From a virus (Duplodnaviria > Caudoviricetes), in the IMG/VR virus record IMGVR_UViG_3300030397_000677, positions 1 to 36,441 of that record: a stretch of DNA of 36,441 bases; one strand, written 5' to 3'. The translations under genes were made by a program, and so were the position numbers. The number at the start of each line of letters is the position of its first letter. Position 1 is the first letter of the stretch. Shown here piece after piece: positions 20,610-27,941 of the stretch. Below the pieces are notes generated by a model. That model made no database searches and was not told where the DNA came from. It worked only from the letters and a program-made list of their open reading frames with translations.

Positions 20610-21100
20610 AATATTTATTATTAACGCTTTGCTTAATTTGCTCGTTTAGTTTTTTTGCGTCCGGGCAAGATAAAAATTGCGACGATAAAGGCGAGTGCAA
20701 AATAACCAAAGACGAATACGATACGGCGAAAGATGCACTTGTTAGAGTTCCGGTTTTGGAAGATGAGATCCGAAAGAAAGATGTAAAGATTCGGGAATTA
20801 AACGCCAAAGTAAAAGAACTTGAAAACAGTCAACAAACGCCTTGCTCGTTGGCAATAAAAGAAGCAAATATCACACTTGAAAATTTACAAGCTCCGGATA
20901 CAAAAAAACTTTCAAAAAGAGACCGTAAATATCAAGAAAAAAGGTTTAAGGAAAAATATAAATTAACTACTAAGTTAATGAAAAATATTCTCTATCAGCA
21001 ATGCGGAGTAAAAGATAAAGATTCGCTTGTAAAAACCATTATAAAAGAAGCTCCAAAAGTAATTCTGAATTTGGCTTTATTATTTAAACTCTACACTTAA
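20606..21100 (+). CDS. Exported coiled-coil protein, spanin-partner candidate
   Basis: Signal peptide MKYLLLTLCLICSFSFFASG|Q, four Cys in the mature part, coiled coil, hydrophobic C-terminus; no canonical lipobox. Confidence 0.4.
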   Translation: MKYLLLTLCLICSFSFFASGQDKNCDDKGECKITKDEYDTAKDALVRVPVLEDEIRKKDVKIRELNAKVKELENSQQTPCSLAIKEANITLENLQAPDTKKLSKRDRKYQEKRFKEKYKLTTKLMKNILYQQCGVKDKDSLVKTIIKEAPKVILNLALLFKLYT

Positions 21101-21105
21101 AAAAA

Positions 21106-21720
21106 ATGAATAAAAATCAACAAATAAAATATCTTGACCGATTCTCTTTGCTGTTTTTTTTATCAGCAAGTTTATTGTTTTATTATTTCCCGTCGTTTTC
21201 CGACTTGGTTTTTCCGACACAAACATACTCGTCATTATCTAGCTTGACGGATTGGTCGCCGGAAACGATGCGACATTGCATTCAGAATTTGGCTTTAACT
21301 TTGATCCTTACAATTTTAAGAATCAAGATAATAATTAAATATGTTTATATTTCAATTATTTGGTTTAAGTCGGCGAAAAATGCAAGTCTTAATGCAAAAC
21401 AGCATTTTAGCCGTTTGATTCGAATATTTCTTTTTTGTGCGTCCGGCTGTTATTTTGCAAGTTTGGTCGCTATTTGGTTTCCGGAATTTGCACCATTTTT
21501 CGCTATTTTTGCAATGGCAACAAACGATTATTTCTGCTCGCAATTTATAAACGGAGTCGGCGATAACTTTCAAATGATAGGCATCGAGCAAAACGCCGGA
21601 CATCAAATAGATGAAATGGACATCGAGAATCTCGACGATGCTCAAATAACTGAACGAATTAAAGAAATAAAAAAAGAAATGGCTTTCTTAACTAAAAAAA
21701 GAGCAAAAACAATTTTATAA
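21106..21720 (+). CDS. Multi-pass membrane protein
   Basis: About four hydrophobic segments and a charged C-terminal tail. Confidence 0.65.
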   Translation: MNKNQQIKYLDRFSLLFFLSASLLFYYFPSFSDLVFPTQTYSSLSSLTDWSPETMRHCIQNLALTLILTILRIKIIIKYVYISIIWFKSAKNASLNAKQHFSRLIRIFLFCASGCYFASLVAIWFPEFAPFFAIFAMATNDYFCSQFINGVGDNFQMIGIEQNAGHQIDEMDIENLDDAQITERIKEIKKEMAFLTKKRAKTIL

Positions 21721-21724
21721 AATT

Positions 21725-22093
21725 ATGATTTATCTCTTACAGATGGACTCAAAAACTGCTAATGACTGGTTTGTTCTAACTGAAAATTTTGGAGTTGGAG
21801 CGTCTTTTTTATTGCTTGTAGCTTGCATAGTGCTTGCTTTGGTCGTTCGACATTTATATATAAAAATCGAAACTGAAAGGCAAGAAACCAAAATACAAGA
21901 TAAAGAAGTTTTGGAAGCCTTGATATTAGCAAATCAAGCTATGTCAAGCATCGGAAAATCAAAAGAAAAATTTGCGAAGGAAATCTCTGATTATGTAAGC
22001 AAAGCAAAAACCGACGATGATTCGCTTCGTGACTTCATAAAAGATGAACTAAGAGAATTACGTTCTTTAATTGAAAAATTCAAACCTAATTAG
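21725..22093 (+). CDS. Single-TM coiled-coil protein (holin/antiholin-like)
   Basis: FGVGASFLLLVACIVLALVV TM followed by a coiled coil; last gene of the rightward late block. Confidence 0.5.
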   Translation: MIYLLQMDSKTANDWFVLTENFGVGASFLLLVACIVLALVVRHLYIKIETERQETKIQDKEVLEALILANQAMSSIGKSKEKFAKEISDYVSKAKTDDDSLRDFIKDELRELRSLIEKFKPN

Positions 22094-22617
22094 ATTTCAA
22101 TGTTTGATATAAAGGTGCGTCTCAAATTGCGATCAACTTCTAAATCAAAAAAAACATTATTTTTTTCATAACCAAAAAGCTCCGAGAAACTTATCAATTT
22201 TGAAAGAGAAACTTTTATATTTTTGATCTGCCTTATTTTTATATTTCCTTTTGGTTGGAATGGTTCGCCGACAAAATTACTTGGTGCATAGTTTGGCGAA
22301 CTTGTAAAACTTGGAAAAACAGCTTGCACGACCGGAACTCTGCTCCAAGTAATTTCAATCTTATTATCTCTAAAATCTTCGGGAATGTTCCTAGCCGTAT
22401 CAATTTGATATTTTTCATAATGCGAAAACATTTTTTTTGAGCCGTAGCGATTTCGCCATTTTGTATTTAACCTTTTTTTTACTTTTCCCTTAAATCTTTT
22501 TTGTTTGAAAAATTTATAAACCGGAACTTGTTTGTAAATTTCAAGCATCAAATTTTTGCTAACTTCAAAAGTTGTAAAGTTATCAAAAATATATTCTTTT
22601 AATTCATTATCAGTCAT
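22090..22617 (-). CDS. Hypothetical protein
   Basis: 175-aa ORF, last gene of the leftward operon; contains the basic motif KKRLNTKWRNRYG. Confidence 0.65.
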   Translation of the reverse strand: MTDNELKEYIFDNFTTFEVSKNLMLEIYKQVPVYKFFKQKRFKGKVKKRLNTKWRNRYGSKKMFSHYEKYQIDTARNIPEDFRDNKIEITWSRVPVVQAVFPSFTSSPNYAPSNFVGEPFQPKGNIKIRQIKNIKVSLSKLISFSELFGYEKNNVFFDLEVDRNLRRTFISNIEI

Positions 22618-22646
22618 AATTTTTTTGAGCCAGGATCTATTAAAAA

Positions 22647-23543
22647 TTAAAATAAACTTTGTTGGACTTCAAACTGCTTAAAATGTTGATGGAACTTTTT
22701 CGGATAATCTCTTGTTTGCAAGTGTTCGGGAAACGATTCAAAAGTCGCACCTTTGGAATCCGGCATTTCATAACGCAAAGGCACATCAAAACCGTTTTCT
22801 TTATAAAGCGGGTTTGTGCCAAGCTGTTTAAGAAAAAAAGCAACATCATTCGATTTGCATTGCTCTTGCAAATCGACAAAATCTTCTAAATGGCTTGGTC
22901 GTGCTTTGGTTATATCCTTTGAAGATTCTCCGCCGGAAACCAACCAATCAATCGGTTTTTTTGCAATGCGAGCAGAATTTAGCAAATAATTGAAATCTGT
23001 TTTTTGTAAATACGGCTCGACATTTATCCATTTCATCACGCTCGGAGTTGATATTAAGTATTCAACTCGTTCCAAGTATTCGGAAGATTCAACACTAACG
23101 CCAAGACATAAGTTTTCGATTATTTGGTTAGATTGATAATAGCTGTTACAAAATTCAAACATATTTTCGGCATACTTAGTTTGAACTAAAAAAATATGTT
23201 GCTTTGCTTTTTTTATTACTTGAAAAACTCTTTCGATCCATTCATCCGGCACTTTATCAAAGAAAATATCCGACATAGAATTAACAAAGATTATTTTTGG
23301 CACTCTGATATTTATCGGCTCAAAAAACTTGTCATCATTTTCACGACGGACTTTTCCATTCCAAATCCCTTCCGAATTTGTTAATCCGGCGTATTTGTTT
23401 CGGACTTTTGTGTTGCCGTGTTTTGCAAGATTAAAGGCGATTTTTTGTGCATAACAATTTAAGCATCCGTCGGATATCGGTAGACATCCGACGAATGCGT
23501 TCCAAGTGTGTTCGGCATATTCGATATTTGTAGTTGGAAGCAT
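22647..23543 (-). CDS. DUF5131 / phage Gp37-Gp68 family protein (radical-SAM-like)
   Basis: TWNAFVGCLPISDGCLNCYA (Cx6Cx2C), IFVNSMSDIF, LGVSVE, VEP, WLVSGGES and FFLKQLG family motifs. Confidence 0.9.
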   Translation of the reverse strand: MLPTTNIEYAEHTWNAFVGCLPISDGCLNCYAQKIAFNLAKHGNTKVRNKYAGLTNSEGIWNGKVRRENDDKFFEPINIRVPKIIFVNSMSDIFFDKVPDEWIERVFQVIKKAKQHIFLVQTKYAENMFEFCNSYYQSNQIIENLCLGVSVESSEYLERVEYLISTPSVMKWINVEPYLQKTDFNYLLNSARIAKKPIDWLVSGGESSKDITKARPSHLEDFVDLQEQCKSNDVAFFLKQLGTNPLYKENGFDVPLRYEMPDSKGATFESFPEHLQTRDYPKKFHQHFKQFEVQQSLF

Positions 23544-23547
23544 AATT

Positions 23548-23754
23548 TTAATTTACCATTAAGTATTTAGTTTGCTTTTTTGGTTGCAAATCGTTTCTTT
23601 GGTTCGCGGCGACATTATTTAACCGTTGCATCGCATTCGAAGCAAGAATCGCACGATTTAACTCGGTTGATTGCTCTTTGCTGAGTTCGCCGTCACGTTT
23701 TAACTGTAAAAGTCTTTGAATTTTTGTTTGTAAATCTTCTGTTTTTTGTTTCAT
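23548..23754 (-). CDS. Hypothetical small helical protein
   Basis: ATG 23754 (MKQKTEDL...) within ORF 23548..23799; tightly packed in the operon. Confidence 0.55.
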   Translation of the reverse strand: MKQKTEDLQTKIQRLLQLKRDGELSKEQSTELNRAILASNAMQRLNNVAANQRNDLQPKKQTKYLMVN

Positions 23755-23773
23755 ATTAGTTTTTTTTGAAGTC

Positions 23774-23797
23774 AAAAAGGTCGACCGAACATCGACC
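23774..23797 (-). terminator. Candidate terminator within the leftward operon
   Basis: Minus strand reads GGTCGA-TGTTCGG-TCGACC-TTTTT. Confidence 0.45.
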
Positions 23798-23808
23798 AAG
23801 TGTAGTAA

Positions 23809-24018
23809 TTATAAGTCGTTGACGATGTTTTGTTTTGTGTTCGGCAAAAGCTGTTTGGAAACTTTTAAAATAATATTACTAGCAAGTGTTTGATTTTCCG
23901 GTGTATCTTCCAATCCCATTGCTTCCAAAATTTCCAATGTGTCAACGTGCATCGCATCATTTTCCTCGTCGTAATAAAATCCGGGGCTTCCCAAACTTTT
24001 CATTTTCGTTTTATCCAT
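23809..24018 (-). CDS. Hypothetical protein
   Basis: 69 aa, AAGGAG upstream, abuts the upstream stop codon. Confidence 0.65.
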   Translation of the reverse strand: MDKTKMKSLGSPGFYYDEENDAMHVDTLEILEAMGLEDTPENQTLASNIILKVSKQLLPNTKQNIVNDL

Positions 24019-24156
24019 TTATACGAGTTGCTCCTTATCCCATTCCGGAATATAAAATCTTGGCATTTCAATATCACGCCTGCCATCTTCTACCGAATCA
24101 AGATATTTTTCTTTGAATTCATCCTTTTTAGCTTTAGTTTTCGTTTGTGTTTTCAT
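24019..24156 (-). CDS. Small 45-aa protein missing from the ORF track
   Basis: MKTQTKTKAKKDEFKEKYLDSVEDGRRDIEMPRFYIPEWDKEQLV*; AGGAG upstream; fills the gap exactly (TAA-ATG with the next gene). Confidence 0.7.
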   Translation of the reverse strand: MKTQTKTKAKKDEFKEKYLDSVEDGRRDIEMPRFYIPEWDKEQLV

Positions 24157-24177
24157 TTTGTTTTTTGCTCCTATTGA

Positions 24178-24462
24178 TTAATCTAAATTGACGGTTTGAT
24201 ACCATCGATTTAAGTTGGTTAAATCGCCTTGATTTTCAAGACGCATTTCGAAACTTGAATCTTTTTCATAATCAAAATATTCAAGATTTATATAATTGCC
24301 AATTAAATCGACTTTGATATAAAAGGCTTTTTTATGGTCGCCATTTATAACAAAGTCGAAAATTGCTTGCTTCTTAGAAGTTCTTTCATAATTAAATACT
24401 TCGAGAACGTCGTGCAGTTGACCAAATATATTTAAAGTTATTTCACGGAAAAACTCTTGCAT
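24178..24462 (-). CDS. Hypothetical protein
   Basis: 94 aa, AGGAG upstream, TAATG coupling. Confidence 0.65.
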   Translation of the reverse strand: MQEFFREITLNIFGQLHDVLEVFNYERTSKKQAIFDFVINGDHKKAFYIKVDLIGNYINLEYFDYEKDSSFEMRLENQGDLTNLNRWYQTVNLD

Positions 24463-24593
24463 TATTTTTTTGGCTCCTGGTTATCAGAAATTTTCTTAAA
24501 TTGGCAACGATGCCCATCGCTCCATTTTGGCGACGTTGGCATCGTTTGGCTTAAAATTGTGTGTTGGCATTTTTTGCATTCGTAAATTTTCAT
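24462..24593 (-). CDS. Small 43-aa zinc-ribbon-like protein missing from the ORF track
   Basis: MKIYECKKCQHTILSQTMPTSPKWSDGHRCQFKKISDNQEPKK*; CxxC...HxC; stop overlaps the next ATG. Confidence 0.65.
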   Translation of the reverse strand: MKIYECKKCQHTILSQTMPTSPKWSDGHRCQFKKISDNQEPKK

Positions 24594-24612
24594 ATTTTTT
24601 TCCCGCCGGTTC

Positions 24613-24906
24613 TTATAAATTTAATGCTTCGACTTTTGCTTTGGTTTCGTTGTAAATGTTTAACCATTTTTCTTTTTTAACCTTTTCGGCATCTGCCAAT
24701 TTGCCGGAGTCGATTTCCGTGCGATATTGCTTTGCTTGCGATTCACGCTCTTCGATGTTTAAGTGCCAATCAAGAAAAAGTTTTAAATCTGCAATACATT
24801 TTTCTGATTTTTCGTGTTCATCCAATACGGCACTAAAACCAAGTTTTCTTGATTCATAATTGCCAAGATTTTTATTTTGTTCGATTTTTATTTCAGTAAT
24901 TTTCAT
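24613..24906 (-). CDS. Hypothetical protein with NLGNYES motif
   Basis: The NLGNYESxK motif is common in small phage proteins; AAGGAG upstream. Confidence 0.7.
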   Translation of the reverse strand: MKITEIKIEQNKNLGNYESRKLGFSAVLDEHEKSEKCIADLKLFLDWHLNIEERESQAKQYRTEIDSGKLADAEKVKKEKWLNIYNETKAKVEALNL

Positions 24907-24933
24907 AGTAGTTTTTTGCTCCTTGTAAAAGTA

Positions 24934-25299
24934 TTATTTTTTGAAATTTTTTCTTGCTTCGGCTTCGCTTTGCACTTGCAACTTATCATCAATCAAATCA
25001 TTCATTGCATTTTGAAAATCTGAGTTTTCAAAAATGTTCTCTGCAATGAATTCAACCAAAGGCAAATCTTGGATTGCAGTTTGTAAATCAATTTCTTTTT
25101 CGTATAATCCTTCGCCGTTGCATTTTGGACACTTAATAAAAGGATCGTTTTTTGCATTGCGATTTAGTTCATCTAAATCTAAATTTTTAATTGATTCCAA
25201 GCGTGATAATGCGTGTGCTAAATTTTCATTTATAATTATTTTTGCACCTTTGCAGTTATCACACGGACTCACTATTTCAGTTAATTTATATTTTTTCAT
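24934..25299 (-). CDS. Protein with DnaJ-type zinc-finger half-sites
   Basis: CDNCKGAK and CPKCNGEG; AGGAG upstream. Confidence 0.7.
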   Translation of the reverse strand: MKKYKLTEIVSPCDNCKGAKIIINENLAHALSRLESIKNLDLDELNRNAKNDPFIKCPKCNGEGLYEKEIDLQTAIQDLPLVEFIAENIFENSDFQNAMNDLIDDKLQVQSEAEARKNFKK

Positions 25300-25370
25300 T
25301 TTGTTTTTTGCTCCTATTTTGTAAAAGTTTTGAGCCGGAAACTTCCGGCTCGGTTTTGGTTGGTTTGCAG

Positions 25371-25844
25371 TTAAATTCTGTAATTGCCGATTTTTTCAAC
25401 TTTCTTTTCCTTGCGTGTCGGTGCATAAATTGCTGTCTCTTGTTCGCATTTATCGCATTTGCTTGAATTTTCGTTACATTCGTTGACCAAGCATCTCTCG
25501 CAAGGCTTAACAAGTTTAACGGCTTCGCATTCGGCTTCGTAGTAATTTCGCATCATTCTTGATAATGCTCTATGCCAACACGGAACATTTTCAAAAAACG
25601 CCTTGCATTCGCAAACGCCGTTCGATGTATAAACTCCGTTGTCGGCTGATTCTTGGGAAAAAATTAAAAGTTCCTTATCATCAGCAAACCAAGTCATAAA
25701 CTCGGAGTGTTTCAATAATTGGGATTTTGCTTTTCTTATTGCATTTTTCCATCTTGTCGGCGTGTTAGAATCGTCGGCTTTTTCCAAAGCTGTATTAAAA
25801 ACTTTATCAAAAAGTTCTAAGTCAATATTTTTTAAGTCAATCAT
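25371..25844 (-). CDS. SWIM zinc-finger protein with a second C-terminal Cys4 motif
   Basis: CECKAFFENVPCWH (CxCx8CxH) plus CERC...CDKC; first gene of the leftward operon; ATG 25844 with AGGA upstream. Confidence 0.75.
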   Translation of the reverse strand: MIDLKNIDLELFDKVFNTALEKADDSNTPTRWKNAIRKAKSQLLKHSEFMTWFADDKELLIFSQESADNGVYTSNGVCECKAFFENVPCWHRALSRMMRNYYEAECEAVKLVKPCERCLVNECNENSSKCDKCEQETAIYAPTRKEKKVEKIGNYRI

Positions 25845-25871
25845 TTTTTTGTTTCCTGTTTGTAAAAGTAT

Positions 25872-25947
25872 TAGTTGAAAGTTATCTTTCAAACTAAGTA
25901 TATTATACTATACTTTTAAGCAGAAATAAAGTATAATCGACCGTGTT
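25872..25947. promoter_or_regulatory. Divergent promoter/operator region
   Basis: TATAAT on + (25932-25937) and on - (25907-25902); AAGTATA-N6-TATACTT dyad; TAGTTGAAAG/CTTTCAAACTA inverted repeat; lies between divergent gene blocks. Confidence 0.6.
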
Positions 25948-26163
25948 ATGAGCAAAAAAACAAACATTATTTATGACGGCACGGCGATAAAAAACGCCAT
26001 TCCCGAAACCGCAAAAAATAAAACTGATTGGCTTATCGAACAATCCGGTCTATCTAAAGGAACGATTTACAAGATATTCAAATCAAATCCAAAAGTTATT
26101 ATTCAAAACTTGGCGGATGCTTGTGAAAGTGTTGGCTTGGAGTTGAAACAAATAATTTTATAA
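25948..26163 (+). CDS. Cro/C1-type HTH regulator
   Basis: LIEQSGLSKGTIYKIF...NLADACESVGLEL; 71 aa; first rightward early gene. Confidence 0.8.
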   Translation: MSKKTNIIYDGTAIKNAIPETAKNKTDWLIEQSGLSKGTIYKIFKSNPKVIIQNLADACESVGLELKQIIL

Positions 26164-26184
26164 CTTAAAGAACTTTTACAAATT

Positions 26185-26370
26185 ATGAGCGAAAAACATA
26201 AAAGCAAATTGCTGATTCAAAGCGAGTCGCAAAATTCTTTTTCTTTTTGGAATGAAGAGGATAAATATAAAGTTATCCAAAACAAACAAGAAATTATTAT
26301 TGTGCCGCCGTTTGATTTTGAAATAGAACTTACAGACTCCGGCAATATAATAATCAAACCTAAAAACTAA
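26185..26370 (+). CDS. Hypothetical protein
   Basis: 61 aa, operon packing. Confidence 0.5.
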   Translation: MSEKHKSKLLIQSESQNSFSFWNEEDKYKVIQNKQEIIIVPPFDFEIELTDSGNIIIKPKN

Positions 26371-26376
26371 ACTTTT

Positions 26377-26628
26377 ATGAATGCAGAAAAAGCAAAATCC
26401 AATGTTAAAAGGTGCAATGAAAATCCGCACCAAACTATCGAGCAAGAGCTTGATTCAATTTACGCACGAATTGCGTCCGAATCATTAAAGGGCGAAGTTT
26501 CAATCGAATTAAAAATTATAAATGGCGACGACCGTGAAAATGATTTAACTTTTGTTTTGGACAAACTTGAAAACAAAGGCTATTTAACACAGATCGTCGA
26601 TAATTCCCTTTATATAAATTGGGCATAA
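26377..26628 (+). CDS. Hypothetical protein
   Basis: 83 aa; the LxxKGY...INW ending is common in small phage proteins. Confidence 0.6.
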   Translation: MNAEKAKSNVKRCNENPHQTIEQELDSIYARIASESLKGEVSIELKIINGDDRENDLTFVLDKLENKGYLTQIVDNSLYINWA

Positions 26629-26655
26629 TTTCATTTACTTTTACGACAAAAAACT

Positions 26656-27420
26656 ATGAGCAAATTACTAATCGAAGACCGACCGTTGGTCTTTTCGCCA
26701 AAACTAGCAGAAGCAATCGGAGTTAATAAAGCAATAATATTGCAACAAGTGCATTATCTTTGCACAAGCGGAAACTCCGGCAAGTTTTTACCGGACGGCA
26801 AAAAATATGTTTGGAATTCTTATAAGGATTGGAAAAAGAATTATTTCCCTTTTTGGAGCGTCCGGACAATAGAAAGAATTTTCACACAGCTTGAAGATAA
26901 AAAATTAAAATTATTGGTTTCAAAAAAGCCATATTCTAAGACCGGAAATCATACAAAATACTATCGGGTTTCAGAATCAAAATTAACCGAGTTAGAGCGT
27001 CAAATTGGCGTATTCGATGCCGACAAAATGGCGGAAACGGATACGACAAATAGTCGAAAAGGAAACCGACAAAATGGCGATAACTCAAACCGACAAAATG
27101 GCGGATTCTTTCCAAAGACTTCTCCAGAGACTTCATCAGAGATTTCATCAAATATTGATTGCGAAATTTGGGAAAATTTTCTTTCAAAAATAAAGCAAAC
27201 ATTAAATCCGCAAATCTTTGATGCTTGGATCAAACCGTTAATTATTAAAAGCTATGATAAGGAAAATAAAGTCTTTGAAATACAAGCATCTGTAATTAAC
27301 CAAGAATGGATTATTAAAAACTACGCTGATTTATTTTTAGAAGTTTTTCACGAATTAGGAATCGAAGACCATAAAATAAGTTGGTGCATACTAAAGGAGT
27401 CGGTATTTTATGAGCAATAG
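26656..27420 (+). CDS. Replication initiator: N-terminal winged helix, C-terminal DnaA domain I-like region
   Basis: LLIEDRPLVFSPKLAEAIGVNKAIILQQVHY, WNSYKDW..FPFWSVRTIERIF, TKYYRV; internal iterons; C-terminal IWENFLSKIKQTLNPQIFDAWIKPL. Confidence 0.85.
   Translation: MSKLLIEDRPLVFSPKLAEAIGVNKAIILQQVHYLCTSGNSGKFLPDGKKYVWNSYKDWKKNYFPFWSVRTIERIFTQLEDKKLKLLVSKKPYSKTGNHTKYYRVSESKLTELERQIGVFDADKMAETDTTNSRKGNRQNGDNSNRQNGGFFPKTSPETSSEISSNIDCEIWENFLSKIKQTLNPQIFDAWIKPLIIKSYDKENKVFEIQASVINQEWIIKNYADLFLEVFHELGIEDHKISWCILKESVFYEQ
26997..27160. repeat. Replication origin iterons
   Basis: CCGACAAAATGGCG is exact at 27020, 27066 and 27090 and degenerate at 26997 and 27043. 12-bp CAGAGACTTCAT-like units follow at 27113, 27125, 27137 (and 27149). 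Confidence 0.8.
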
Positions 27421-27676
27421 TAGTATGAAAGATTCAATCAAAGCCGTAAATCAAATAAAAGAACTTGTCGAAAATGATACGACGCACAAAGGCAAAGTCG
27501 TCTATCTAAGAAAAGACGGCGTGATTATTCACTTTGAAAGAAGTTTGATAAAGCAAAAAACTTCACTAGAATTATTAGAAATTATTCGTAAATCTTATGA
27601 CCAAAAAACTATCGAAATCAAAAAAGGCAAAGAGAAAAAGGGACTTATCACAATCGGACTTGATGAACTTAACTGA
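27410..27676 (+). CDS. Hypothetical protein
   Basis: 88 aa, AAGGAG upstream, overlaps the end of rep. Confidence 0.6.
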   Translation: MSNSSMKDSIKAVNQIKELVENDTTHKGKVVYLRKDGVIIHFERSLIKQKTSLELLEIIRKSYDQKTIEIKKGKEKKGLITIGLDELN

Positions 27677-27923
27677 TTTTGACCAAGCAAGATTAAATAA
27701 AACTATTTGTCCGGCTTGCGAAATTGCATCGTTTGTTCGGTTTGCGTCCGGCGAGCTTGGCTGTTTTCATTGTGGAATCTGTTTTTATTGCGTCGGCGAA
27801 AAATGCGGGATTTGCGAAAATCAAGGTTTTTTCAGATTGGAAAAAAACAACGCACAATATCGAGTTCATCCGGTTAATTGTGAATGCACTCGAAAAAGCT
27901 GTAAAGCAAAATTTTTAACTTAA
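27663..27923 (+). CDS. Cys-rich multi-zinc-finger protein
   Basis: CPAC, CFHC, CFYC, CGIC and CEC motifs; ATG 27663 within ORF 27597..27923. Confidence 0.6.
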   Translation: MNLTDFDQARLNKTICPACEIASFVRFASGELGCFHCGICFYCVGEKCGICENQGFFRLEKNNAQYRVHPVNCECTRKSCKAKFLT

Positions 27924-27941
27924 AATATGGGAGCTTAAAAT

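Noticed and set aside
26997-27103. Mini CRISPR array
   Set aside because: 14-bp repeats with 9-10 bp gaps inside a rep gene and no cas genes fit iterons instead.
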